Shown here: piece after piece, positions 9,176 through 18,913 of the stretch | Layout: each line of letters starts with the position of its first letter | Position numbering within the stretch: position 1 is the stretch's first letter | IMG/VR virus record: IMGVR_UViG_3300046010_000754 | Span: 1,910-65,909 of that record | DNA from: a virus | Taxonomy: Duplodnaviria; Caudoviricetes | Direction: 5' to 3' (one strand) | DNA: 64,000 bases | Notes under the pieces: model-generated | The model's input: only the letters and a program-made list of their open reading frames with translations | The model's database searches: none | Told to the model about the DNA's origin: nothing | Program-made: the position numbers and the translations under genes

Positions 9176-10128
9176 GCACTTCAGGCACTTCCATTTTCAA
9201 CCTCGAATTCACTGAAATCGCAGAGGAGTCGTGGGAGCGTGCTGGCCGCGAGTTGCGCACTGGTTATGACCTGCGCACCGCTCGTCGTTCGATGAATCTG
9301 ATGACCATCGAGTGGCAGAACCGCGGCATCAACATGTGGACGATTGAGCAGGGGGTGATCAACCTCGTGCAAGGCATCAACACCTACGCGCTGCCCAACG
9401 ACACCATCGACCTGCTGGAGCACGTCATTCGCACGGGTGCGGGGAACGTGTCCACACAGGCTGATCTTTCAATCACGCGCATCAGCGTATCCACGTACGC
9501 GACGATCCCAAACAAGTTACAGCAGGCACGCCCAATCCAGATTTGGATTCAGCGCATGTCGGGCCAAGAGAGCCTCACTGCTGGGCTGCTGTCGTCCACG
9601 ATCAACTCAACTGCCACCACGATCATCCTGAGCGATGTGACGGGCCTGCCAGCGGCGGGCTTCATTCGTTTGGACAGTGAGATCATCAGCTACGGCTATA
9701 TTGTGCAGGCTCAAGGCAGCACGCAGGGCACGCTCTACAACTGTGGCCGTGGCCAACAAGACACCTTCCCTGCCGCGCATACCGCTGGGGCCGAGGTGTA
9801 CTGGGCGCAAGTTCCCGCTGTGACCGTCTGGCCAACCCCAGATCAAGGCACCGCAGCCGAGCCTTACTACCAGCTTGCTTACTGGCGCATGCGCCGTATT
9901 CAAGACGCTGGAGCGGGTATCGAGACCGCAGACATGAATTTCCGGTTCCTGCCTGCCGTAACGGCTGGTCTGGCCTACCACATTGCCATGAAGGTGCCTG
10001 AGTTGGAGAGCCGCATTCCAATGTTGAAGGCTGCATACGACGAGCAGTTTGACTTGGCAGCAGGAGAGGATAGAGAAAAGGCTGCGATCCGGTTTGTGCC
10101 GCGTCGCTCCTACATTGGGGGTGGCTGA
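9172..10128 (+). CDS. Head-tail adaptor (P22 gp4-like) with inserted beta domain
   Basis: Helical N-terminus (ARRSMNLMTIEWQNRG), VWPTPD, AGLAYHIA...YDEQF; central insert LSSTINSTATTI...H.AGAEV. Confidence 0.6.
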   Translation: MSTSGTSIFNLEFTEIAEESWERAGRELRTGYDLRTARRSMNLMTIEWQNRGINMWTIEQGVINLVQGINTYALPNDTIDLLEHVIRTGAGNVSTQADLSITRISVSTYATIPNKLQQARPIQIWIQRMSGQESLTAGLLSSTINSTATTIILSDVTGLPAAGFIRLDSEIISYGYIVQAQGSTQGTLYNCGRGQQDTFPAAHTAGAEVYWAQVPAVTVWPTPDQGTAAEPYYQLAYWRMRRIQDAGAGIETADMNFRFLPAVTAGLAYHIAMKVPELESRIPMLKAAYDEQFDLAAGEDREKAAIRFVPRRSYIGGG

Positions 10129-10517
10129 TGGGTAACCGTTTTGCCTCCGGCAAGATTGCAATTGCGATCTGCGACCGTTGTGGTTTTCAGTTCCGTCTGC
10201 GCGAGTTGCGCACGCTGATCATCAAGACGAAGCAGGTCAACATGTTGGTCTGCCACGATTGTTGGGAACCTGACCAACCCCAGTTGCAGTTGGGTATGTA
10301 CCCTGTGGATGACCCGCAAGCGTTGCGCAATCCCCGCAAGGACAACACCTACTACCAGTCTGGCACGTTGGCAAACGGCTCGATTGGTGAAGGTAGCCGG
10401 AACATCCAGTGGGGGTGGAACCCCGTGGGTATGGCCCGAGGGTTTGATTCCGCGCTCACGCCAAATAACTTGGTGGGACTCGGACAAATTGGTACAGTAA
10501 CGGTTGTGATCACATAA
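10128..10517 (+). CDS. Small Zn-binding virion-module protein
   Basis: CDRC...CHDC with DQPQL; coupled to upstream gene. Confidence 0.7.
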   Translation: MGNRFASGKIAIAICDRCGFQFRLRELRTLIIKTKQVNMLVCHDCWEPDQPQLQLGMYPVDDPQALRNPRKDNTYYQSGTLANGSIGEGSRNIQWGWNPVGMARGFDSALTPNNLVGLGQIGTVTVVIT

Positions 10518-10527
10518 GGAGTTCAAA

Positions 10528-10716
10528 ATGGCATTTACAAAATCTGCGGATGGCGTCGCAAAAAAGGGCAAGACCAAGGGTAAAAATCTTGGCGATAGCG
10601 GCCCCGCTGTTGGTATGCAAGATGGCGGTAAGGGCAAAGCCAAAGGCGTCACTGGCGAAGCCATGCGTGCAGTCGGTCGTAACATGGCTCGCGCAAACAA
10701 CCAAAAGCGAGGTTAA
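10528..10716 (+). CDS. Small basic protein
   Basis: AAGGAG RBS; SADGVAKKGKTKGK motif shared with the 8200/8551 proteins. Confidence 0.7.
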   Translation: MAFTKSADGVAKKGKTKGKNLGDSGPAVGMQDGGKGKAKGVTGEAMRAVGRNMARANNQKRG

Positions 10717-10718
10717 TC

Positions 10719-10982
10719 ATGGCCAAATTCAGTCAAAAAATGATGGGCAAGGAAGTTGGCGCTGCCAGCGTCTATGCCAAGCCGCACACGATGTCGGGTA
10801 AAGCCGTCAAGATGGCAAGCAACCCCGGTAGCGGCCCTGACCACAGCAACCTGAACACTGTGAACATGTCTGCTGGAAACATCTACAAGCGCGACGATGC
10901 TGGCCCAAAAACCAGCGGTATCGTTGTGCGTGGTGGCAAGGCCCAGACCAAAGGCAAGATGGCCCGTGGCCCTATGGCCTAA
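10719..10982 (+). CDS. Small basic protein
   Basis: GAGG RBS; ends RGGKAQTKGKMARGPMA. Confidence 0.68.
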   Translation: MAKFSQKMMGKEVGAASVYAKPHTMSGKAVKMASNPGSGPDHSNLNTVNMSAGNIYKRDDAGPKTSGIVVRGGKAQTKGKMARGPMA

Positions 10983-10992
10983 GAGGTAGCTC

Positions 10993-11628
10993 ATGAACTA
11001 CACCGAGTTGTGCACCAACATCCAAAACATCTGCGAGAACGAGTTTTCTGCGCAGGAGTTGGCTATGTTCACCGAGCAGGCTGAGCAGAAGATTTACAAC
11101 ACGGTGCAGATTCCGGCTATTCGCAAGAACGTCACGGGCGCGATGACGGCTGGTAACAAGTACCTCCAGATTCCATCTGACTTCTTGTACGTGTACTCGC
11201 TGGCTGTGATTGACGCCGCAGGTGAGTACCACTACCTGATCGACAAGGATGTGAACTTCATTCGTGAGGCGTACCCACGGGATGTCACTGCCACTCGCAA
11301 GTTGCCCCGCTACTACGCGATTTTCGACGCCTCTGCGTTCATCATTGGCCCCACACCCGACCAGTCATACGATGCAGAGTTGCATTACGGCTACTACCCT
11401 GAGTCCATCGTCACGGCAGGCACCACATGGTTGGGCGATGAGTTTGACACTGCTCTCTTGAACGGCGCGTTGATTGAAGCCATCCGGTTTATGAAGGGTG
11501 AAGCTGACATCATTGCGGTGTACGAGAAGTTGTATGTACAAGCAATTGGCCTGTTGAAACAGTTGGGCGATGGCAAGCTGCGCCAAGATGCGTATCGCTC
11601 TGGGCAAACCCGTATCCCTGTCAGTTAA
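10993..11628 (+). CDS. Second adaptor / tail tubular protein A-like
   Basis: MNYTEL..I...AEQKIY, GPTPD..Y..ELHY, ALLNGALIEA..FMK pattern of connector proteins. Confidence 0.6.
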   Translation: MNYTELCTNIQNICENEFSAQELAMFTEQAEQKIYNTVQIPAIRKNVTGAMTAGNKYLQIPSDFLYVYSLAVIDAAGEYHYLIDKDVNFIREAYPRDVTATRKLPRYYAIFDASAFIIGPTPDQSYDAELHYGYYPESIVTAGTTWLGDEFDTALLNGALIEAIRFMKGEADIIAVYEKLYVQAIGLLKQLGDGKLRQDAYRSGQTRIPVS

Positions 11629-11638
11629 GGAGTAAGAA

Positions 11639-12073
11639 ATGGCAATCACACAAGCAATGTGCACATCGTTCAAGGTCGGTATCCTCGGAGCCGATTTTGA
11701 CTTTGGTACTGGCACTTCGCAAACATTCAAGATCGCGTTGTACACGTCGTCGGCCACTTTGAGCGCCGCCACGACCGCATACACCACCTCCAACGAAGTT
11801 GTCGGTACAGGGTACACCGCTGGCGGCGAGACTTTGACCATCAGCCAAGTACCCACATCCAGCGGCACCACAGCGTTTATTGACTTCTCCGATGTCACGT
11901 GGACGACCGCCACGATCACTGCGCGAGGTGCTTTGATTTATCTGGCCAACGGCACGACTAACCCGTCGGTTTGTGTGCTGGACTTTGGCGGTGACAAAAC
12001 ATCTACTGCCGGTAACTTCACCATCCAATTCCCTGTTGCAGACGCATCGAACGCGATCTTGCGCATTGCGTGA
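11639..12073 (+). CDS. Tail structural protein
   Basis: FKIALYTSSATLSAATTAY..NEV.GTGYTAGG, VLDFGGDK motifs; AAGGAG RBS. Confidence 0.7.
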   Translation: MAITQAMCTSFKVGILGADFDFGTGTSQTFKIALYTSSATLSAATTAYTTSNEVVGTGYTAGGETLTISQVPTSSGTTAFIDFSDVTWTTATITARGALIYLANGTTNPSVCVLDFGGDKTSTAGNFTIQFPVADASNAILRIA

Positions 12074-12083
12074 TGAGTGATAC

Positions 12084-12926
12084 GTGGCGTCGTCTATTGA
12101 ATACGTAGGTTGGGGTTCTGGCCCATGGAGCCGTGGCTCGTGGGGGGAAAACCTGACCATCGTATCGGTAGATGGCGTCAGTGCAACGGGGGCCATTGGT
12201 ACCGTCGTTGTCGCGGCTAATGCAGATGTCCCTGTTACCGGGGTTTCTGCTACTGGAGCGGTGGGTACAGTCACCGTTACCGGAACTGCAATTGTCTACC
12301 CTTCTGGCTTACAAGCAACGGGCCAAGTAGGGTCTGTCTTAGTGCAGGCCAACGCCCTCGTGCAAGTCACAGGTGTAGCTGGCACAGCGCAGGTAGGAAC
12401 TGTACAAATCTCTGGCACGGCCATAGTCCCTACGACTGGAGTCTCCGCTACCGGCGCAGTTGGTAGTGTCATTGCAACAGGTGGAGCTACGGCGTACCCC
12501 TTGGGGGTTGAGGCCACCGGCGCGGTTGGCAGCGTCGAAATTACGGGCACAGCAGAAGTATTCCCAACAGGCGTTGAAGGCGTCACCGAAGTTGGGAACG
12601 TAACGGTACTTCTGTCGATCATCGTCCCTGTCACCGGGGTATCCGCTACTGGTGAAGTAGGCACTGTGGTGGCCAGCGCGGGCGCTACCGTACTTCCCAC
12701 TGGGGTGTATGCAACTGGATACATTGGCCAAGTCAACGTCTGGGGCCAGATTGACGACAACCAAGACGCCGATTGGAACGGTATAAATGATGGCCAGAGC
12801 GCTTTGTGGTCACAAGTTAGTGACGGACAGTCAGCAAACTGGCAAAATATCAACGATGCTCAGACACCCACATGGGGTGTTGTGAGTGATACGCAAACTG
12901 CGGGCTGGCAACAAGTTGTCACATAA
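12084..12926 (+). CDS. Tail protein with ~21-aa V-x-V-T-G-V-S-A-T-G-x-V-G repeats
   Basis: About 9 tandem beta repeats, then W-x-x-(I/V)-x-D-x-Q repeats at the C-terminus. Confidence 0.72.
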   Translation: MASSIEYVGWGSGPWSRGSWGENLTIVSVDGVSATGAIGTVVVAANADVPVTGVSATGAVGTVTVTGTAIVYPSGLQATGQVGSVLVQANALVQVTGVAGTAQVGTVQISGTAIVPTTGVSATGAVGSVIATGGATAYPLGVEATGAVGSVEITGTAEVFPTGVEGVTEVGNVTVLLSIIVPVTGVSATGEVGTVVASAGATVLPTGVYATGYIGQVNVWGQIDDNQDADWNGINDGQSALWSQVSDGQSANWQNINDAQTPTWGVVSDTQTAGWQQVVT

Positions 12927-12938
12927 GAGGGTAAACAG

Positions 12939-15900
12939 ATGACCACACAATACACACCAACGCTGAAATTGGCGCTTCCCGTCACTGGGGAACTCTCTGG
13001 TACATGGGGCGATATTGTCAACGACAACATCACCTCGATGATTGAGCAAGCCATCACTGGCCTTGCAACGATCAATACTTGGACTGCCAACGCCCACACG
13101 TTGACCACGGCCAACGGTACGACTTCCGAGTCTCGCTGCGCCGTGCTCGTTGCGGCTACTGGTTCCGGGGGCTCGGCCATCACCGGCGCGGGTGAGATCA
13201 TCTGCCCTGCCGCAGCCAAGCTCTACGTGGTGCAGAACACCACGTCTTTCGCTGTTACTCTGAAGACCTCTGCTGGTACAGGTGTGGCAGTCGCTGCTGG
13301 CAACACCGCCTTCTTGTTCTGCGACGGCACCAACGTCAACGCTTGCGTGACCACCATCATTGATGGCCGAGTCACCGGCAACCTGACAGTCGATGGCAAC
13401 GCCACGATCAACGGCAACACCACATTGGGTAACGCGACAAGCGACACCGTGACTGTGACTGCACGTGTGGCCTCCAACGTGCTGCCTTCCGCTGACAACA
13501 CCTACGACTTGGGTTCCGCTGCAAACGCATGGAAAGACCTGTACATCGACGGTACTGCAACCATTGCAACGCTGAACGTCACCACAATCGACACCACAAA
13601 CCTTGAAGTAACCAACATCAAGGCCAAGGATGGCACAGCCTCGATCACCATTGCTGATTCGACAGGCGCTGTCTCCTTTGCCAACAACGTAACCCTTGGC
13701 GATGCCACTACCGACACTGTGACGGTGAACGGGTATATGGGGGTGGGTGGTGGTGGAAATTCGGGTCGTGGTATTCAGGTAGTTAGTACGGCGCTAACTG
13801 GTGGAGATCAATTCGGCGTTTATTCCAATGTTACAGCGAGTTCTTCGGCCACCACTGCGCTCAGATTGTTTCAATCTCTTCCAAAAACAGCGGTTGCAGC
13901 TTTTACTTGCTCAAACATCTACGGTTTTTCAGCCGAGGATGCGTCATTGGGTGCGGGTTCTTCCGTTACCAATCTTGTTGGCGTGCAAATTGCTGACCAA
14001 ACCCAAGGCACAAACAACTACGGCATTCGCTCTTTGGTTTCCAGCGGCACGAACAAATGGAACATCTATGCCAGCGGTACAGCGGCGAACTACTTTGCTG
14101 GCAACGTGGGTATTGCAACAACCGACCCAGCAACTTACGGTGTAGATGGCTCAGAGAATCTTGTTATTGGGCAAGCTGCGGGCAATGCTGGTTTGACAAT
14201 CAGCAGCTTCAACACAAGCACTGGCACGGTTGCATTTTCTGATGTTATCAATGCTACGGTGGGCCGGGGTTATGTTACGTACAACCACAGCGGCGACTCT
14301 ATGGCATTTGGCACGTTAGGTGCTGAGCGCATGCGTATCGACTCTTCCGGCAACTTGCTGCTCGGTACCAGCACAAGCTACACCTCTACGACCACCGCTG
14401 GTGGCATGGCGCTCGTTGGGTATGGGGTTTATCCGTACACTACTCAGACGGGTGCAGCAAACTCAACTGCCCTATCATCTCTTACTGCCGTACCTACAAT
14501 TGCCGCAACGGGCTCAACGAGCATCACTCTATCAGCGGGGCAGTTTTCGCCTGCATTGTCAAACGATGGGACGGGTGGAAGCAACACAGTTTCCTTACTG
14601 GGGATTAGCTCCAATCCAGTTATTACGTCGAGCGGATCGACCGCACGGGTGTCCCTAACCGGAGTTCAAGGGATTGCAAACCGAGGCAATGCGGCTGACA
14701 CATCAACTAACGCGTCAAACGCCCTTACTGGGGGTACGTTCGGCGTAACACACGGAACTTCGTTACCAACCACTGCGGTGTCTGGGACTGCTGTTGCTCT
14801 TACTGGCGCTGTTACCAACGCCGCTGGCACAATGACCGCAGCAACTGCTGTTCGGGCAGCGTTTTCTCTTGGTAGCCTCTCGACCTTCAACACCAATAGC
14901 ACACCCACCGCTATTGGGTTCGAGTTATCTTCATTTACTGTTGGCGCACCAACGGCTGTAGGAAACGCCACGGTTACCAACGGCTACGGCATCAAGCTGG
15001 CAGGCCCAGTTGTCGGTGTCACTGGCACGATGACCAACTACTACGCCTTCCGCGCCGACGCTCCTACGGTCTCGGGCACCCTGACCAACCGCTACGGCAT
15101 CTGGATGGATGACTCTCAGTCCACAAACTATTTTGCTGGCAACGTGGGTATTGGGACGACTACGCCTGCTGCAAAGCTGGATGTAACTGATAATGCCGTT
15201 GTTTTGGGGTATTTCCGTGGCTCGGGAGGCTCGGCAAACGACAAGAGACTGACTTTTACCACTGGTGGCGATAGAGTGATTCTTGATGCTGCCACTAACT
15301 CAACTGGCGCTGCCACGGCTTTGGCGTTTACTACTGGCGGCACAGAAAGAATGCGCCTCTCCGCCGCTGGCGGCTTGTCCATCGGCACCACAACAGACCC
15401 CGGCGCTGGTGGCCTCATCACCACAGGCAACGTAACCCTTGGCGATGCTACGACCGACACTGTGACAGTGAACGGGTACATGGGCGTGGGTGGTGCTGGG
15501 TCAACCAACATAGCGCTTAAAATTACCAACTCGGCACTTACGTCTACGTCGCAATATGGCGTTGCCTCGCAACTTACAGGCAGCACCGCAGGCACTTCAG
15601 ACTTAATTGCGTTCCTGTCTTTGCCTGCAACGGCGGCATCCGCATATACGGTCACCAATCTTGTCGGCTTCCAAGCACTCAACCCAACTTTGGGTGCGGG
15701 TTCAGCCATCACCAACCAGTACGGCGTATTTATTGCCGACCAGACACGGGCCACAAACAACTACGGCATCACCTCCGCAGTCTCCAGCGGCACGAACAAG
15801 TGGAACATCTACGCCAGCGGTACGGCGCAGAACTACTTTGCTGGCAACGTGGGTATTGGGACGACTACGCCTGCCAACCAGCTAACTGTTTCGTCTGCTG

Positions 15901-17072
15901 CCAGCGTCATAATTCAAGCATTGGGGACAAATGCCGCAAACCCCAGTCTTTTTAGAGCACAAAATTCTGATGGTGTGACTTTTGATTTCCGGATGAACGG
16001 GTCATCCGCAGCCACAAACCCATCAACTGCACAGATTACGACCAGTGGTACGCAGTCAATTGCATTTATTCAGTCTGGCGTGGAGTCCATGCGTATCATA
16101 GGCTCAAGCAACAACGTAGGTATTGGGACTGCTACGCCATCTTCGCGTCTTGATGTGGCAGACGCTACATCTGCCATCCTCACACTCACCCGCACTGACA
16201 GCACAGCAGGCAACGGTGTAATCCGCTCCATTGGCAATACGGGTGTCACAAACGCCTCGATCAACCTTGGTGGCGGCGTGAACAACAACATGGTGTTCAA
16301 CACCAATGGCTCCGAGCGCATGCGCATCCTCTCTACTGGTGAAATTATCCGTGGCGGATCAGCGGGTGTCACAAGCACTGGCGGCTCTGTACTTGGAATT
16401 GAAACTCTTGGTGGAACCACCGCAGCCAGCAGCATCGGTCAGTATGCGTTCGCAACGACAAACGCAGCCCCATTCCTTGAGATGGGCTTTTCGCGCAACG
16501 CAACAGTTGGCTCGCAGACAGTGGTTAACAGCGGCGATGTCGTGGGTGCCATCCGCTTCTCTGGCTCAGACGGTACAAACTTTGTTCGTGCGGCACAGAT
16601 TGCTGGTGTTGTGGACGGCACCCCCGGCACTAACGACATGCCGGGTCGCTTAGTGTTTTCCACTTCTGCTGATGGTTCTGCTTCGCCCGCCGAGCGCATG
16701 CGTATTGACAGCGCAGGAAATATCCAAACTACGACAGGTTCTCAGGTCGTTTGGGCACCAGCACCTGCATCCATCAGCACCGCCGCCACACTGACCAACG
16801 CCAACATCCAAGGCCAGATCATCAACACGACTGGCACAAGCTACACCGTGACGATGCCTCTGGGTTCTACGCTGGAGACACTTGTTTCTTGGGCTACAAC
16901 CGACATTGGCTACAACTTCACCGTCATCAACACTGCCTCTGGCACGATCACAATGGCCGTCAACACTGGCGTAACATCGCTGGGTGCTTTGACAATCGCC
17001 ACTGGCACATCGGCAAACTTCCGCATCCGCCGCACTGCGGCAAACACTTTCATCCTGTACCGCATGAGTTAA
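12939..17072 (+). CDS. Long tail fibre / receptor-binding protein
   Basis: 1377 aa, T/S/G/A-rich; N-terminal LKLALP.TGE.SGTWG anchor; repeated GNVGIGT.P and ERMRI fibre motifs. Confidence 0.88.
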   Translation: MTTQYTPTLKLALPVTGELSGTWGDIVNDNITSMIEQAITGLATINTWTANAHTLTTANGTTSESRCAVLVAATGSGGSAITGAGEIICPAAAKLYVVQNTTSFAVTLKTSAGTGVAVAAGNTAFLFCDGTNVNACVTTIIDGRVTGNLTVDGNATINGNTTLGNATSDTVTVTARVASNVLPSADNTYDLGSAANAWKDLYIDGTATIATLNVTTIDTTNLEVTNIKAKDGTASITIADSTGAVSFANNVTLGDATTDTVTVNGYMGVGGGGNSGRGIQVVSTALTGGDQFGVYSNVTASSSATTALRLFQSLPKTAVAAFTCSNIYGFSAEDASLGAGSSVTNLVGVQIADQTQGTNNYGIRSLVSSGTNKWNIYASGTAANYFAGNVGIATTDPATYGVDGSENLVIGQAAGNAGLTISSFNTSTGTVAFSDVINATVGRGYVTYNHSGDSMAFGTLGAERMRIDSSGNLLLGTSTSYTSTTTAGGMALVGYGVYPYTTQTGAANSTALSSLTAVPTIAATGSTSITLSAGQFSPALSNDGTGGSNTVSLLGISSNPVITSSGSTARVSLTGVQGIANRGNAADTSTNASNALTGGTFGVTHGTSLPTTAVSGTAVALTGAVTNAAGTMTAATAVRAAFSLGSLSTFNTNSTPTAIGFELSSFTVGAPTAVGNATVTNGYGIKLAGPVVGVTGTMTNYYAFRADAPTVSGTLTNRYGIWMDDSQSTNYFAGNVGIGTTTPAAKLDVTDNAVVLGYFRGSGGSANDKRLTFTTGGDRVILDAATNSTGAATALAFTTGGTERMRLSAAGGLSIGTTTDPGAGGLITTGNVTLGDATTDTVTVNGYMGVGGAGSTNIALKITNSALTSTSQYGVASQLTGSTAGTSDLIAFLSLPATAASAYTVTNLVGFQALNPTLGAGSAITNQYGVFIADQTRATNNYGITSAVSSGTNKWNIYASGTAQNYFAGNVGIGTTTPANQLTVSSAASVIIQALGTNAANPSLFRAQNSDGVTFDFRMNGSSAATNPSTAQITTSGTQSIAFIQSGVESMRIIGSSNNVGIGTATPSSRLDVADATSAILTLTRTDSTAGNGVIRSIGNTGVTNASINLGGGVNNNMVFNTNGSERMRILSTGEIIRGGSAGVTSTGGSVLGIETLGGTTAASSIGQYAFATTNAAPFLEMGFSRNATVGSQTVVNSGDVVGAIRFSGSDGTNFVRAAQIAGVVDGTPGTNDMPGRLVFSTSADGSASPAERMRIDSAGNIQTTTGSQVVWAPAPASISTAATLTNANIQGQIINTTGTSYTVTMPLGSTLETLVSWATTDIGYNFTVINTASGTITMAVNTGVTSLGALTIATGTSANFRIRRTAANTFILYRMS
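13686..15860 (+). repeat. Internal duplicated fibre module (1743-nt offset)
   Basis: NVTLGDATTDTVTVNGYMGVGG at 13686 and 15429; SGTNKWNIYASGTA.NYFAGNVGI at 14041 and 15784; near-identical DNA at both ends. Confidence 0.85.
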
Positions 17073-17087
17073 TCGAAAGGAAATATC

Positions 17088-17417
17088 ATGACCACCACCT
17101 TCAACTGGACTGTCACCGCAATGGACTGCTACCCCCAAGAGGGCAGCGAAACCGATGTGGTCTTCAACGTGCATTGGACGTGCTCCGGCACTCAAGACAC
17201 TTACAGCGCCAGCGCATACTCCACCTGCCAAGTGCCAGCCCCCTCCGGCTCGTTTACGCCCTACGCAGACCTGACTCAAGAGCAAGTCTTGGGCTGGATT
17301 TGGGCCAATGGCGTTGACCAAGCAGCCACCGAAGCATCGGTGCAAAGCCAGATCGACAATCAGATCAATCCCCCAGTGGTAACCCCACCTTTGCCTTGGG
17401 TCACTCCTGCGGCATAA
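17088..17417 (+). CDS. Tail-fibre-associated (assembly/chaperone-like) protein
   Basis: Follows fibre gene; FTPYADLTQEQVLGW...PLPW motif; AAAGG RBS. Confidence 0.7.
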   Translation: MTTTFNWTVTAMDCYPQEGSETDVVFNVHWTCSGTQDTYSASAYSTCQVPAPSGSFTPYADLTQEQVLGWIWANGVDQAATEASVQSQIDNQINPPVVTPPLPWVTPAA

Positions 17418-17471
17418 TTGCACGGGGTCTCGCCGCTGCCCCATCTCAGCGGTTGCAAAAATGGAGTTCGT

Positions 17472-17648
17472 ATGAACGAGCAAAAAACTGTCGCGTTGTC
17501 TCTTGATCTGGTTAACGGTGTCTTGCAATACCTTGCTACCAAGCCTTTCCAAGAGGTGTTCCAACTGGTAAACGCGATCCAACAGCAAGCCCAAGGCCAA
17601 TTGGGTAGCCCTGATGAAGCTGCAAAAGCCCCCACAGACGCTGCCTGA
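17472..17648 (+). CDS. Small hypothetical protein
   Basis: GGAG RBS before ATG 17472; LQYLATKPFQEVFQLV helix. Confidence 0.6.
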   Translation: MNEQKTVALSLDLVNGVLQYLATKPFQEVFQLVNAIQQQAQGQLGSPDEAAKAPTDAA

Positions 17649-17826
17649 TGGCACGATAGAAGCAGCCCACGAAGTGGAGGCCGTATGCCTCCACTGTGGC
17701 TATGACTTGGATGAGGCGGAGCTTGCCGCCGACACCTGCACCGATTGCGGCAAAGCGCTGGAGTTGAAGCAGAACGTGGCCATCCAAGTAACAACACTGC
17801 CTCCGATGTTTGGTGGCGTAATGTAA
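17614..17826 (+). CDS. Small zinc-ribbon protein
   Basis: CLHCG...CTDCG. Confidence 0.6.
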   Translation: MKLQKPPQTLPDGTIEAAHEVEAVCLHCGYDLDEAELAADTCTDCGKALELKQNVAIQVTTLPPMFGGVM

Positions 17827-17837
17827 AGAAAGCCCCA

Positions 17838-18452
17838 ATGAGTGACGAGAAAGCCCTTGGCGTATTGGATCGGGTTCTATCGTATGTAGATTCCCCATTC
17901 AAGCTGATCGCTATTGTGATCATGGCAATCGTCACCTTTGTGGGCTATCTGTTTTGGCAAAACCAAGCGTTTCTGCTGGCTGCTTACCAAGAGCAAAAAA
18001 GAATGCCCACCATCCACGAAGAACGTGTGGATGATGCAGCGTCGGTACTGTTCAAGCAAACCGACGCCAAGTTCGTAGCCATCTTTAAAGTCAACCCCAT
18101 TCTTGGCACCCGTGTGTTGCACCGCCTGTACACCAAGGACGGACGCAGCAAAGAACTTGAAGGCATAGATGTCGGCCTGTTTACATCTAACCACGCGAAC
18201 AACAATGATGTCGTTAAGCTCATGGCTGGTGACATTCCTTGCAGCCAGTATTTGCGCCCTCAGAGTGAGTTGGGAATTTGGTACATAGCGCAAGGCGCTA
18301 ACTATACCTGTCGTATATCCGTGCCCCCTGACCGCAGCCGATTCATTGGTCAGATTACCGCAGGGTGGGCACAGCAGCCTGACAACATGGAGCACATCAT
18401 TTCAATGATGGAGATCGCAGCGACCATATTGGTCAAGAAAGGTGGAGCATGA
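17838..18452 (+). CDS. T4 gpT-like holin (single TM plus periplasmic GAF-like domain), putative
   Basis: GVLDR amphipathic N-terminus, one TM segment, Cys pair, GQITAGW and AATIL near the C-terminus resemble T4 holin T as recalled; lies in lysis cluster. Confidence 0.55.
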   Translation: MSDEKALGVLDRVLSYVDSPFKLIAIVIMAIVTFVGYLFWQNQAFLLAAYQEQKRMPTIHEERVDDAASVLFKQTDAKFVAIFKVNPILGTRVLHRLYTKDGRSKELEGIDVGLFTSNHANNNDVVKLMAGDIPCSQYLRPQSELGIWYIAQGANYTCRISVPPDRSRFIGQITAGWAQQPDNMEHIISMMEIAATILVKKGGA

Positions 18453-18913
18453 ACCTGAGTGACCTGAACCCACTGGCTGCTATTGGCGGCAAACTGATCG
18501 ACCGATTCTTGCCCGACCCCGCAGCCGCAGCCGCCGCAAAGCAGGAGTTGGCCCAGATGCAGGAGAACGGCGAGTTGGCCCGTATGGCGAACGAGACCAA
18601 AGTGCTGGAGATCAACAACGCCAATACCGACAGCGCCCGTGACATGAACGCCAAGGTGCAAGAATCGGTCAACGCCTCTTGGCTGGCCAAGAATACCGCC
18701 TATGCGCTGGACGTAGGTATCGTGTCGGCCACCATCTTTTTGGCGTGGTTTGCGTTCATCAAGGGCGTGCCGGAAGCCAACAAAGAACTTGTGTACATGG
18801 CGCTTGGCTCCCTCATCACCATGAGCGGCACCATCCTGAACTTCCACCGTGGGAGTTCGCAGGGCTCCAAAGACAAAGGTGCTGACCTCCTAAACCTGAA
18901 AGACAAAAAATGA
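18449..18913 (+). CDS. Holin (GTA 3TM-like)
   Basis: GKLIDRFLPDP N-terminus, DSAR motif, two TM segments, GSSQGSKDK tail; upstream of endolysin. Confidence 0.7.
   Translation: MNLSDLNPLAAIGGKLIDRFLPDPAAAAAAKQELAQMQENGELARMANETKVLEINNANTDSARDMNAKVQESVNASWLAKNTAYALDVGIVSATIFLAWFAFIKGVPEANKELVYMALGSLITMSGTILNFHRGSSQGSKDKGADLLNLKDKK

Noticed and set aside
12939-17072. Diversity-generating retroelement acting on the tail fibre
   Set aside because: The repeats are in-frame coding duplications without adenine-specific variation, and no reverse transcriptase is present.
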